A DNA stretch of 64,000 nt from Podarcis pityusensis (lineage: Eukaryota). This document shows, in pieces, positions 12,298-24,539 of the stretch; positions within the stretch are counted from its first letter, which is position 1; each line of letters begins with the position of its first letter. The notes below the pieces were generated by a model. It did no database searches. It was not told the DNA's origin and saw nothing but the letters and a program-made list of their open reading frames with translations. Position numbers and translations under genes: made by a program. The stretch lies in assembly GCA_964106645.2 (NCBI GenBank), contig OZ067045.1; one strand, written 5' to 3'.

Positions 12298-13504
12298 TTA
12301 GCTTAAAAATGTTCCAAAATAAAATCAGGAGTTCTACAAGATACATATACATACATACATAGCAGATAGGGATTTTGACGATTAAGTGGTATATAAATGC
12401 TGTTGCATATTTTTTTTACTTGTTGTTTTTAAAAACAACAATATTTTCCATATGCAAATAAAGTTGCTTTAAATAAAGCCTCTTCATTGAAGTTTGTATT
12501 TATGGTGATGTATTTATTAGTCAGTTACTCAGGAAAAATCCAGGTCTCTGAAGTTATTCCCGAAGGCATGTGCTTCAAAAAGGCTGGAGAGAGAGAAAAA
12601 AAGAGGGAGGGAGGAAAATAAAAGGCATTAAAGAAGAGTTAAAGAGATGTAAATGTGCTAACTGACAAGAGAAAGGTTTTCCAGAAGTGAAAATCTAACA
12701 TGTACACACAATTTTCAGAGGCCATGAATGGACCTGAGGGATGTTTTACGGGTGTGATTCCAAGATGAGCTAGATCTGAGCCACACCTCCTGAACCAGGG
12801 TCAGAAAACATCCAACCCATGAGTCTAAATGAGCCAGATTAAAGCTCTGGTTTATCCATTAGGTTTAGAGGGCTGCCTCAGGTGATGGTGATGTTTGAGA
12901 AGCCACTGGTGCTCAATGTCACCTGTTCTAAGACAATATACCTGTGATTCACAAATGCTGGAGTATGGCTGGGGGAGAGGAGTTTGTGGCCTAGAGAAAC
13001 TCCTGAGGACCAGACAGACATACTCGAGGGCTGCATTTGTCCCCTGGTCCTGAAGCTCTCTACCTCAAAGGTTGCATGTCTCCACACGTTTACTGCACGA
13101 TACAATGTGACCTTTTGGGAAAAGGGCCTCCTATTGCCTTCATCCCACTGCTATCTTTGGAACCATTTTGCGAGCTGTGTCTATTATTTGGATCCTGCTG
13201 TTGCAGGCATAGTTTTAAGTAGCTTGAAGATTTGCATGGATGGCAGGTTGCTTGTCGTTCCATGTGATCCGATGTTCCCTAGAGGTCAGCCGAGGAGTGA
13301 GATGAGAAACAAACAGGCTGAGAAATGAAGAGACAGACAAGCCTTCACCGTTCAGATAAAATTCTGAAAGCCCACAGGGCCCAGAAGCTTTCATTTTTCA
13401 CCCAGATTTTCGAGTTCTAGAATTGCTAAGAATTTGCATTCAGGATATAAAGCCGGAGCCCAAAATAAACACAGACATGACCGTAGCGATCGCCTACGCA
13501 GTAT

Positions 13505-13809
13505 CAGACCCTCCAAGCGTCCCTATTTTCCAGGGGTACCCCTGATTTAGAGAAGCCATCCTGGTTTCTGATTTGATCCCAGAATGTCCCACTTTTCCTT
13601 AGGACATTCTATTTTCAGTGGAGAATTGTTGGAGGCTATGGAGTTATCTGACCCCCTGAACCGTCCAAAGGCAATCCTGTATAGGAAAGGGTTGTTTTTT
13701 TTTGGTAATGTTTAAAGTTTTATTGTAAGATGTGTGGGGTATAAATAGTAAAATTATCATTATGGAATGGGATGTCCCTATTTTCATTGGATCAATGTTG
13801 GAGGGTATG
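13505..13809. mobile_element. hAT-like MITE, same family as 9928
   Basis: Same TIRs and body; flanks CAGTAT / CAGTAG. Confidence 0.75.
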
Positions 13810-13877
13810 CAGTAGCCCTCAGCATTTATGCAGCTGTTTTAAGTCACATCCATACCACCTTACATTTAAAGCACTCT

Positions 13878-14208
13878 AATAATAAAATTATTATTATTAT
13901 TTATACCCCGCCCATCTGGCTGGGTTTCCCCAGCCACTCTGGGTGGCTTCCACCAAAATATTAAAATACAATAATTCATCAAATATTAAAAGCTTCCCTA
14001 AACAGGGCTGCCTTCAGATGTCTTCTAAAAGTCAGATAGTTGTTTATTTCTTGGACATCTGGTGGGAGGGTGGGAGCCACAACCGAGAAGGCCCTCTGCC
14101 TGGTTCCCTGTAACTTCGCTTCTCACAGGGAGAGAACCGCCAGAAGGCCCTCGACGCTGGACCTCAGTGTCTGGGCAGAACGATGGGGGTGGAGATGCTC
14201 CTTCAGGT
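13878..14208 (-). mobile_element. L2 LINE 3' end
   Basis: (ATT)n tail and TTTATACCCCGCCCATCTGGCTGGG; minus strand encodes an RQRAFSVVAP-type L2 C-terminus. Confidence 0.8.
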
Positions 14209-15599
14209 AGCCACTTTAACAGTCGTGGCATCCCCCAAGGAATCCTGGGAGCTGTAATTTGTTAAGGGCATTGAGTATCCCCTGTTCCCCACCTAGAACG
14301 ACAATTCCTGGAGTTCACTGGTAAGAGGGATTGATTGTGAAGCCACTGTGGGAATTGTAGCTTGTGATGGGAATAGGGGTCTCCTCACATTTCTCAGTAC
14401 TATTATCAAACTACACTTCCCAAGTTTCTTGGGGGGGGGGGGAGAAGGCATAACTGTTTAAAGTGATGTAAGAGTGCTTTTAACATCTAGTCAAGATGGG
14501 GGGCCAGAGTTACAATTTCCAGCACCTTTAATAAACTACAGTTCCCATGGTTATTTGAGGGATATAGAGTGGAATATAGCACATGTATGTATATTTGATA
14601 TTTGAAAAAAAACCCCACAAAACCCATTGGCAAATAATGTGGAAATGAGTAGTATACTTGCACTGTATTCCACTATATTTCTAGAAGAAGCTTTTGCATT
14701 GTGTGAAAGCTCAAATATAATGTGAAAATTAACAGGGGAATGTTGGTAAAACAGGATAAACTGTCATGTGAATGTAGCCAAAGCCCATATCTGGAGGGCA
14801 AAGGCTCATCACCCCTGTTCCAAAATGTGTACCAGGTTTCAAGTGAGGCAGAGAAATCATTTTTCTTGAAATGGTAGCTAAATGTGCTGCTTGGCTTAGA
14901 GCTGGGGTGTATTTATTTAGCACTCATTTCTATGAATGCATTCATTGATTTTTTAATTAAGATTTAGAGGTTAACCACTGTGTTTTTCAAAGAACAGTAA
15001 TATATGGTCTCATCTGCTGTTATGGCTAGCTGTAAACTATCAGTATATAATAATTTTATTTGCAGAGCGTTCTGCCCTTCACCCGACACACACTCTCCCT
15101 CCCACTCATAATAATAATATTTTTTGTTGTTGTTTCATCTGTTTAAACAGCTATAATATCAGTTTGAGCCATTTAAGACTTCCTCTCATTAAACCCAGGA
15201 GTTATGTCACCATCAGTCATTTTCTAAGGTGTAATCACTTAAACGATAAAAATAGCTTATTATAGCAGCAAGTTCAGGCCGCTGGAGTAAAAGGAGTCTC
15301 AGCATTTCCCATTACAAATCTCATTATTGAGGAGTTTACAGCTTGGTTGTTAAAAAATAAATAAAATAAAGTGAGAGGAAAAATGAAATATGTCACATGC
15401 TGGGACTCTTATTGTCTTGCTCTAGAGGTGATGTATTAATCTACCCCATCCCATTACAACCGCTTCGAACAAAAGCCGTGAAGGGCCCTAACTCCCCTTC
15501 TGCCCAATAAAATTACCGAGAGAAGATGAAGAGCTGCAGTTGGAACGAACAGGACAGCAACATACAGGGACACTGTCAATGAAGGCCATTGTGGGAATG

Positions 15600-16000
15600 G
15601 AGAAACATCTATGCATGATATGGAGAAAGTGGATGGAGAAAAGGTTTCTCTCTCTCATAACACTAGAACATCCATCTAACAGGACTGAATGTTGGAAGAT
15701 GGACTTCTTCATGGAGCACATAGACTATGGAATGAGCTCCCACAGGAGGCAGTGATGGCCACCAACTTGGATGGCTTTAAAGAAGGACTGGACAAATTCG
15801 TGGAGAGGGCTGTCAAAGGCTACTAGCCATGATAGCTATGCACAGTCAGAGGGAACAATGCTTTTGAATACCAGTTTCTTGAAACTCCAGGAGGTCTCTT
15901 GTGCTCAGCTCCTGGTTGCAGGTTTCTGGCCAATGAGGAACAGGACACAGGACTGGATGGTCCACTGGCCTCATCCAACAGGCTTTTCTCATGTTCTTAG
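15600..16000 (+). mobile_element. CR1 LINE 3' fragment
   Basis: CTATGGAATGAGCTCCCACAGGAGGCAGTGATGGCCACCAACTTGGATGGCTTTAAAG; ATGTTCTTA tail. Confidence 0.8.
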
Positions 16001-19000
16001 GTTAAGGATGGAGGAGATTTTTTTTACAGTTCACTTTTAAGAGCTTAAGAAGAGCCAACCGTGGAGGTAGAGCACGGCTATTGTGGCTAGCAGCTATTGG
16101 TTTAAGGGTAAAATTGCCAAATCCACACTTTCTTAAACAATCTGCGAACCACCACCTGTCATAACACACTTGTCTCTGACTGTTCCAGCCAAACAATGTC
16201 TGCAAATGAACACATTTGGGGGTCAAGCGTGCATAAGAATGCACACATTAGGGGAAAGAAGATTCCAAAATGAATTTTATTCAGGGCCATTGCTTTGCAA
16301 ACACACGTATATTAGAGGAAATTCACACAAAAAGACTGATGAATTTTCACAAGGGCTTCATTTTTAAATCACAGTGATGTGGAGAACTGAACTTAAGAAT
16401 GGAACAGGGGAAAACGGAGAGAAATGGAAACCGAAAGATTTGCCCACCACTCTCTTCCATGTGTTTACATGGAAGTAAGCCACATTCAGTTCAACGGCAC
16501 TCTCAGGTATGTGTCTCTAAGACTGCAGTCTTAGTTGCCTTTTTATGTATATGCATAATAACCAGAACAATGATAATGACCAAGTAGTATTTGAGAGTGT
16601 CTGCTGCATGGAGATGGTAGGCAGAATAGGGGAGGGAAAAATAAATAGATTTTGACTGACTAATCTTTTGCTTTCTGATGTGGCTTTTACACTTTGAAAT
16701 ATTCAAGGCTCCCACATGTTGCTGGGGAAAGTGGTGCACGCCACACAGCCCGTTGATCCTTATACTTTAATCTCTCTTTAATTGCTGTGGTCAAGTTACC
16801 CCACACTTAATAACCCGCAGCTTGGTATATTATTTAATATGGTTGACACATACTTTGTCTGAAATGTCAGCGCCGGTAGAAGCCCCGGAGTTGGAAACGC
16901 CGCTCATGATGGATGGCAGAAGAGCTGCATCATCTGTTCTTTGTCTGCAATGTTATGTTAGCTGCAACATTTTTTTGTTTTAATACTGTGACACTCAAGT
17001 TGGTGCCAAAGTCAAAGCTACTGAGCGAGTAATGTTATCCCCTTGCTTCTGACGTTGGCAGCTAAACATTCTCCACTTCCTTGGCTGTGGTTTCCCCTCC
17101 CCACTTCTTCTTCTTCTTCTCTTCCTCGTCTTCTTCTTCTTCCCAGGAACGTGTAATGGTATATCGCTCAAGTCTCCAGCATTGTTTCAAACAGGTTGAT
17201 TTAATTATTTCTTCACCCGGTGGCTCCCCACCCCCTCTTTTTGTTATGAAATGGCTTACACCATGCCATACTTTTTGTCTCATTATGTTATTTACACCAG
17301 AGACAGGAATAGCATCTGTTGGGCAAAGAATATACACTTGTAAAGTGGCCTGGATACTAATTTGCACAAACAGCAACTGAGACCTGGGGAAGGCTGTTAA
17401 ATTTCAGCACGTCAGTTTCTTGTATGTTTCAAACATGGCTTTGCCTTTCCTTATTGCCACAAACCAATCAACCAGAAAAGAGTGAGGAAGCAGATACCAT
17501 GTTCTAGGCCTGTATTAATATAGATGTCAATGACACTATAGATTAGGGCTCTAGCCCAGCGGTAGCCAAGGGGGTGCCCTCCATATGCTGTTGGACTACA
17601 ACTCCCATAATCCCAGTTCATTGGCCACACTGGCTGGGGATGATAGGAGTTGTAGTCCACACCTGAAGGGCACCATGTTGACAATCCTGTTCTAGGTAAA
17701 CCAGATCACCTGTTCCATTCACTCTCTATTGTCCACAGACCAGAACTTTTCTACTCAGTCACTCGCTGATGACATATTTTCTTTCCAAATATGGGATGAA
17801 TACCACTGATGGTGCTGCTTATGAGATTTCTAAAATGCAAATCAGCTGCCAATCTTGAAAGAGTCAAGGAAAGCAGGTTAAACTCACCAGCTAAAAAATC
17901 AAGACTACAAAATTGGAGAGCATCAAGAAAGTGTGTAGCGGGATTATTTACCATTTTATTTCTTTTGAATACTGGGATCTCACCTTCAAGTTTTGAGAGG
18001 ATCTCTGGGGCCACCATACATTAAAACAAAGTTGGGGCTTTTACCACTACATTCAGCTGCACACAGAGGCAGCTGTGACTATCCATTCTTTTTAATTCTA
18101 AATTTTAATTTGTTGTAACCCATCCTGGGACTTGCCAGTGAAGGAGGGTAATAAATATAATCATAATCATAACCGTGTTCTAAGGAGAATGTTGTCACAC
18201 TTCTGTGTCAGTACACTGCTTAAAAAACCCCCAAAACATTTCTCCTATTGTTTTATTTATTAGCTTCCCTCCCACTTTTTATCCCCCCTTTCAGACAATT
18301 ATTGTCTCCCAATAATTGGGAAATGCTGATGCCCTCATTCCTCACCACCATGCTTCAACATTTGACCCAGACTTGTGTGAAGCATCTCCTCTAAAATGGT
18401 TTACATATAAAGTGATGTGGAATTGCACCGAAGACCCCATTCATGCACCATTGGCATACGCAGGTCACCACTTGGTGCTGCTGTTCTCAACTGATGAACA
18501 GGCATGCATGGAGCTGAGTCAGCCAAGAATAGAGGTGGCTAACCTGTGGCTGTGCAGAAGTTGTGGGACTAAAACTCTCATCATCCCTAACCACTGCTGA
18601 GCGAAGACAACACCATGCTGGAATGCCTGTAGAGTTGCAGAACAATTTATTCAGTAGCTTTTACAGATATCTAGAATATATCTAGAATATATTCCAAACA
18701 TCTCACAATGCTGATGTGTTTTTAGTTTACAGCTGGTTTTAATTTTCTGAATCTTGTAATTGCTTTCTGTAAGCTGCTTTGAGGCTTCTTCTTCTTGCAA
18801 TTGAGCAGTACATAAATTCTATGAAATAAATAATAAAAACCTTCAGTGCCACCGGTTAGCCATCCACGAACTAGAGAAATGCACGCAATATCCGCTGGAG
18901 AAATGTTGGCAAAGTATGCGTAAAGCGGGAGGGGAGCTTGAAGAACAATGAGATGGGGATAGAAAGACATAAAAGCAGATCTGTCTGGAAACGAAAGAGG

Positions 19001-19704
19001 TCACTTTCAGTGGTGTAGCTATCAGTGCAAAGAAGAGGAGAAAGTGTAACAGGAGCAAAGGAAGATAACTGTAGGGAGGTGACATTGATACTGCACTTGC
19101 AAAATCTTGCCTAACAGGTGGGTGGAGTGGAGTTGACTTAGATGGGCACAGAGTTAAGGTGTTTGCAAGAATAGCTTAGACTGTGGGAAAAGAGGATTAG
19201 AAAATTAGTGCAATCCAATATATGTTTACTCAAAAGTAAACCCCATTGACTTCATTGTGGCTTACTCCCAGGTAAGGACACTGGAGCTTTGAATGCATTC
19301 CCCAGTCAACATTCCCTTTAACCAGACTCTTGCCTTTTACATACAACTTGTGTGCATTTAACGTATGCACAGTCAGCTTTACACATGTGACAATATTTTA
19401 AAAATAAAATTAAAAGGGCGTGGGGTTCTGGGGAAAATGACTTTGGCAACCCCACCTGCCACTGAACCCAAGAGGTCTTGACTATACATGAGTTTGACTT
19501 TAGGAGTGATCCACAGAATGTAAACCACCCCCTGTGTAAATTGTAAGCCTAATATATACTATATGTTATATGACAACCTCAGTTTCCAAAGTTTATTTCC
19601 ATCCTCTAGCTTTCCCTGCCTGCTCTCTCAAGCTTCCTTGTTCCAAGGAAGGGCATTCTGCTGACACTGAGAGCAGCTCTCCATGTCCAAGAGACTTAAG
19701 TTTC

Positions 19705-19970
19705 TCCCAACCCTAAGTGGAGATGCCGAGGATTGAACCTGAGACCTTTTGCATTCAGAACAAATGCTCTACCACTGAGCTACGGCCCTTTCACTTAATG
19801 TGCAGCATTGCATTAGAATAGGAACATAGAAAGCTGCCTTATACTGAGTCAGACCATTGGTCCATCTTACTCAGTATTGTCTACACTGATTGGCAGCAAC
19901 TCTCCAGGTTTTCATTCAGGCAGGTGTTTCTCTCAACCCAACCTAGAGATTGAACCTGAGACCTTCTTCA
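19705..19970 (-). mobile_element. Two adjacent Squam3-like SINE fragments
   Basis: GGATTGAACCTGAGACC occurs with CCACTGAGCTACGGCCC at ~19730-19790; a second copy begins GGAACATAGAAAGCTGCCTTATACTGAGTC at ~19821. Confidence 0.75.
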
Positions 19971-21990
19971 CGTAATACCTTCTTCACTCCAATTGTCGCT
20001 ATTTTGCCAGGACAGCCACTACCATGGATTCTGTCTTTATCATAGAAAGTGCCTGATTAAGAGAACTCTATACTATAATAGGTAAGGCAAAGTGGGGTCA
20101 GGTGGTGGGCAAGTGGTGTTGCCACTGCTCCCCGTTGCTGGGTCCTGCCACCAGCAAAGCAGCCCCCCTGCCATTGCTTCCGCTGCCTCTTCCCTCCTTC
20201 TCCAGCCACCCTGTCCTGATTTTCTTTGCCCAAATGTTGGAAGGTGCGTGGGAGCCCTAATGGCATGGAATTTTCCTAGCCATCAGCCAAGGTACCAAAG
20301 GCCACACAAGAAAGCTGTTCCCTTGCCTTCTGGGAAGAATATCATGGCAAGGTGGAGACCAACTGGGCTTTGTCAGTTACCCAGAGAAGGAGATGCTGCA
20401 GGGAACTTGCTCCCCACCTCTCTTCCTGGAAAGAAAACTCACAAAAACTTTGAACCATACTCAAGTTCCAGAGATTGCTTTTTACCTCATCCCTCTCATT
20501 TCCTTTTCCTTTTGTGTTGCGTCTTTTAGACTGTAGGCCTTACGGTAAGAACTGTTATACTAATGATCTCTGTAAGCTGCTCTGGCAGCCTTTCCCCCCC
20601 TCTGAAGAGCAGGTTAAAAATACTACTTAAGTAGCTAAGTAACTACTTTTTTTTTGCCAATAAGGAAACATCTGTGCCTCTGACAGTGTTTTAAAGGGCT
20701 AACAAAAAACTGAACCCAGACAGCATGGCATAAAAATAGCTGGACTATTGCTTCTTTGACCCCTCTTTTATTAAAATAAAATTTATTAGTATGGAAGTGT
20801 GTGTGTTTTTTATAAAAGAAAAAGTGTTGCAAAACCTGTTCTCCACCACACTCCTGGTTTGCTAGCACCCATCACGCAAAAACAAATTATTGTGTTTTTT
20901 AAAAAGAAAGGTAGAAACATTTGTGTTTGATTTGCTAACTTCAGCATAATCCGGCAAAAACATCAGCACCACCTGTGATATGAGAATCAGATTTATTATC
21001 ATCTTCGTGGGGATTGCGACAGACTTGCCTGGCCCCACCCGCCTCTTAATAAATCAGGTGCTGAAACTACTTCTAAGGAGTGCAGTGCTGGGAAGAGAGC
21101 AGGGGGATCAAAGACACCAACTCAGCTGAAGTGGCCACTTGACCTTTTCTCAGAGCCAAAAGGGTGCAGAGAATTACAAAAAAAGGCTTGAGATCATTCA
21201 CAATGGGCATGATTGTAAGATTCAAGAGATTATAGACTAATTCAGGGAAGAGAGGAGGCAACTAGCTATGATACAGAATGGCAAAAATGCATGATCCTGA
21301 CTTGTCAGGATGGAAAAGCTGTGGTTCTCTGGATGTTGTTTGACTCCAGCTCCCACCAGCCAGCGTGGCCAATGGTCATGGTTATGGGAGTTGTAGTCCA
21401 GCAACAGCTAGAGAGCCACATCCTGCTAAAATGTTCCTAGGAGGTATGCCACTTGATGTGGGCCACTGGTGAGAAACCATGGTGGTGTTGACTTCATATT
21501 TTGCTTGTTGATTTCCTGGAGTCATCTGACGGTCTGCTGTTGGAAGCATGTTGCTAGGCTAGAGCGTATCTTTTGATCCCACCCAGCTGAGCTCTTGTTG
21601 TGACTGAAAGGAGTGAAGCAGGTTGAAATGTTGGAATTAAGACCAAATAGCATTGAAATGCAAGAACTGAAATGGCTTACTATCTCACATTGACCAATGA
21701 TTATTTTTTGCAGAGAATAAACTTGGTTTGCACACATGCTTAAACACCTGTTGTGGGGATTCATTGAGGAAGGGGAAAACAATGTAAGCTACCCTTGAGC
21801 TCCTTGGGGGTTAAGGTGACAAATAAATGCAATATTTATCAGCATCTAACATCAATTGACCAATTATGCACCAGTGGTGATCCAGCACTTCTCCTTCTCC
21901 TTCATCTGTAAGCTGACTTGCAGAAAGAACATTTATATGGTGGCAACTTTACAGGGATCATATTTTCACAGGCATTAGCTGTACTTCAAA

Positions 21991-22082
21991 CATAGCTGTC
22001 AACGTTTCCCCTTTTTTTAAAGGGAAATTCCCTTATTTTGAATAGGATTCCTTGCAAGAAGAGGGAAAAGTTGACAGCTATG
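21991..22082. mobile_element. 92-bp hAT MITE
   Basis: Perfect 13-bp TIR CATAGCTGTCAAC / GTTGACAGCTATG; TSD ACTTCAAA / ACTTCAAC. Confidence 0.85.
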
Positions 22083-22672
22083 ACTTCAACATTATACACC
22101 ACACAAACACACACACACAGACAGCATCAACAGGCTTTTCCTCCATGTCACTGAGTCTCCCATTTTTGTTTGAGTTCTTCACGTTCTTTGACTAGAGGGT
22201 TGTGACAGGAGACAAGCTGTTGTGATGAGTCTTGCCTTTGTGTTAGCTGTGCTTTTCAATTACAGAGAGAGCCAGCTCAATTAAAAGAAGAATATTCTGT
22301 ACCCACATATGCATCAACCGGGCAATAACATTAATTTATCCTCTGCTTGTCATAAGCAGGGATGGGCCACTGCATTCCATGTTCTCCAGGTCTGATGTAC
22401 TCTGCAAACAATGCTACAGAAACAAGAAAAGTGTTCAGAAGCACAGACGAAAACCCACAAGGTGCTCAGGCTCTGGCTTAACCAAATGGGCACCACTGAA
22501 TGGTCTATTTGCTGAATGGATCAGGACACATCCAACCAAGATATTTAAAGCACTCTTATAGCATTTTAATGGTCATGGCCTCCCTGCAAAATCATGGGAA
22601 CTCACATTAGTTAAGGGTGCTGACCACACAGAGATACAGTTCCCAGCACCCTTAGCACCTCATGGAGCTTTC

Positions 22673-22815
22673 TGGGATAGTTCAGTCAATAGAGCATGAG
22701 ACTCTTAATCTCAGGGTCATGGGTTTAAGCTCCATGTTGGGCAAAAAGATTCCTGCATTGCAAGTAGTTGGACTAGATGACCCTTATAGTCCTTTCCAAC
22801 TCTTCAATTATATGA
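22673..22815 (+). mobile_element. tRNA-Lys(CTT)-derived SINE with CR1-type tail
   Basis: TAGAGCATGAGACTCTTAATCTCAGGGTCATGGGTTTAAGCTCCATGTTGGGC matches tRNA-Lys(CTT); followed by GGACTAGATGACCC...CCAACTCT CR1-like 3' end. Confidence 0.8.
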
Positions 22816-22974
22816 CTGCAGTTCCCAGGATCCTCCATGACTGTTAGAGGGGTAAAAATGATACACAATAAAATTTTGATATCTCTACCACATCTCCCTC
22901 CCCCCCTCTCTCTGTGTGTGCATATAATAAAAATATAAGAATGACATCACACTGTATTTCACTTGGACACAGAA

Positions 22975-23405
22975 TCAGGACAGATAAAAGTGCTTCTTCA
23001 CACAGCACATAAACAGAAGGCAGTGATGACCACCAACCTGGATGGGTTTAAAAGAGGAGTATACCAGTCCATGGAGGGAGGATAGCTCTATTAGTGGGTC
23101 CTAGCCCATTTATGCCCTGCCTCCATGTTTGGTGGCAATAATGCTTCTGAATACCAGTTGCTGGAAACCACAGGACAGTGGGAGAGTGCTCTTGTGTTCA
23201 GGTCCTGCTTGTGGGGTTCCCACAGGCAACAGGTTGGCCCCTAGGAGAACAAGATTCTCGACTAGATGGCGCACTGGCCTAACCCAGCAGACTCTTCTGA
23301 TGTTTTTATGTTCTTCATGAATTGGTCTAATCTGCTTCTGAAGCCATCCAAGTTGGCGGCCATCACTGCTTCTTGTTGGAGCGAATTCCAAAGTTCCACA
23401 GTGCA
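22975..23405. mobile_element. Two CR1 3' fragments in opposite orientation
   Basis: Plus copy to ~23316, immediately followed by a minus-strand piece 23317-23405. Confidence 0.75.
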
Positions 23406-24539
23406 CTTTGTCAATTTGGGACACATTGTGATTGCAACACGCCTCCCTTCCCACCACCTTGTCCCTCCCCTTCCAAGTAATCAACAGCTTCGAGATAAGT
23501 GCCAGGGCTTCATATGAGAAGCAAAAGCAGGTCCTATGCCAGCAGTTTTTCCCCCCTTGCCAGGAACAGCAGCCCCATCTGAAGCACCGACAGAGGGCTG
23601 AGCCCATTTTTCCCACTCTTTTGAAGGAAGCCAACCTAAATATCTTGGCACATCCATCCCTGTGTAGGTGGTGAGAACATGAGCAAAGACAACACCATGC
23701 TGGAATGCCTGGAGAGTCGCAGAGCAATTTATTCAGTAGCTTTTACAGATCATAATGTACTTTAGAAAAGAAAAGAAAAGAATATTGGGTGTCCTTCTCT
23801 GAATTTTGTAATGCAGTTCTCCAGCCAAGTAATGTGTACCCAAAAGCATATTCTAGCACAACATGTGCATATAAACACATCTATTTCTGAAAGCAACATA
23901 CAAGAATGCAACACATTAGGGAAAATTGAATTGCAAACAATGTGTACTTTGGAGGAAATCCCATACAGTGTATTTTTTTGGGAGAAATTTGCATCAAAAC
24001 ACTAATGAATTTTCATGATGATTTTTAAAAAGCAAAGTGATGTGGAAATCTAGAGTAGGAAAATGAGGAACTGAAATTGACATATTTGCCCATCTGTCTC
24101 CTGACACTCCTTGAATAATTCCCAATATCATGCAAATCTCTCCACTCTTGATGATTTCACAGCATTGCAGTGTTCAAAACTAACAGTCCAATCCTACACC
24201 TATTAACTTACGCAGAAGAAAATATTCACCAAAATAATGTAACACTTAACATGGGAGCAAGCCCCACTGAACGAAGTGGGACATACTTTGAAGAAACATG
24301 CATAAACGTACCCTGTCAACAAAGGGCAGTAACAGCCATCATACATTTATACAGGATCCTTATTCTCCCATGAAGCCTACATAGTGTCACAGCAAATTAA
24401 AAATTATTTCAGACATCCAGAAATAGGTGAGTTATTTGAAATATTCTAAAATGGCCACTGGTTCCAGGAGGATTTGGTTTTTTTAAAAAAGCATTGCAGA
24501 ATGAAAGCTTAATGCACTCTTAAGAAATAGTAATAATAA

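Noticed and set aside
17105-17195. Possible exon after a long pyrimidine tract (…TCCCAG/GAACGT…AACAG/GT)
   Set aside because: The tract is a (TTC)n microsatellite, the donor is weak and the peptide is unrecognisable.
22673-22745. Functional tRNA-Lys gene
   Set aside because: Box B and stems are mutated, and the sequence continues into a CR1-type tail; it is a SINE.
23110-23727. 205-aa ORF
   Set aside because: Spans CR1 fragments and unique DNA; no protein-like motifs.
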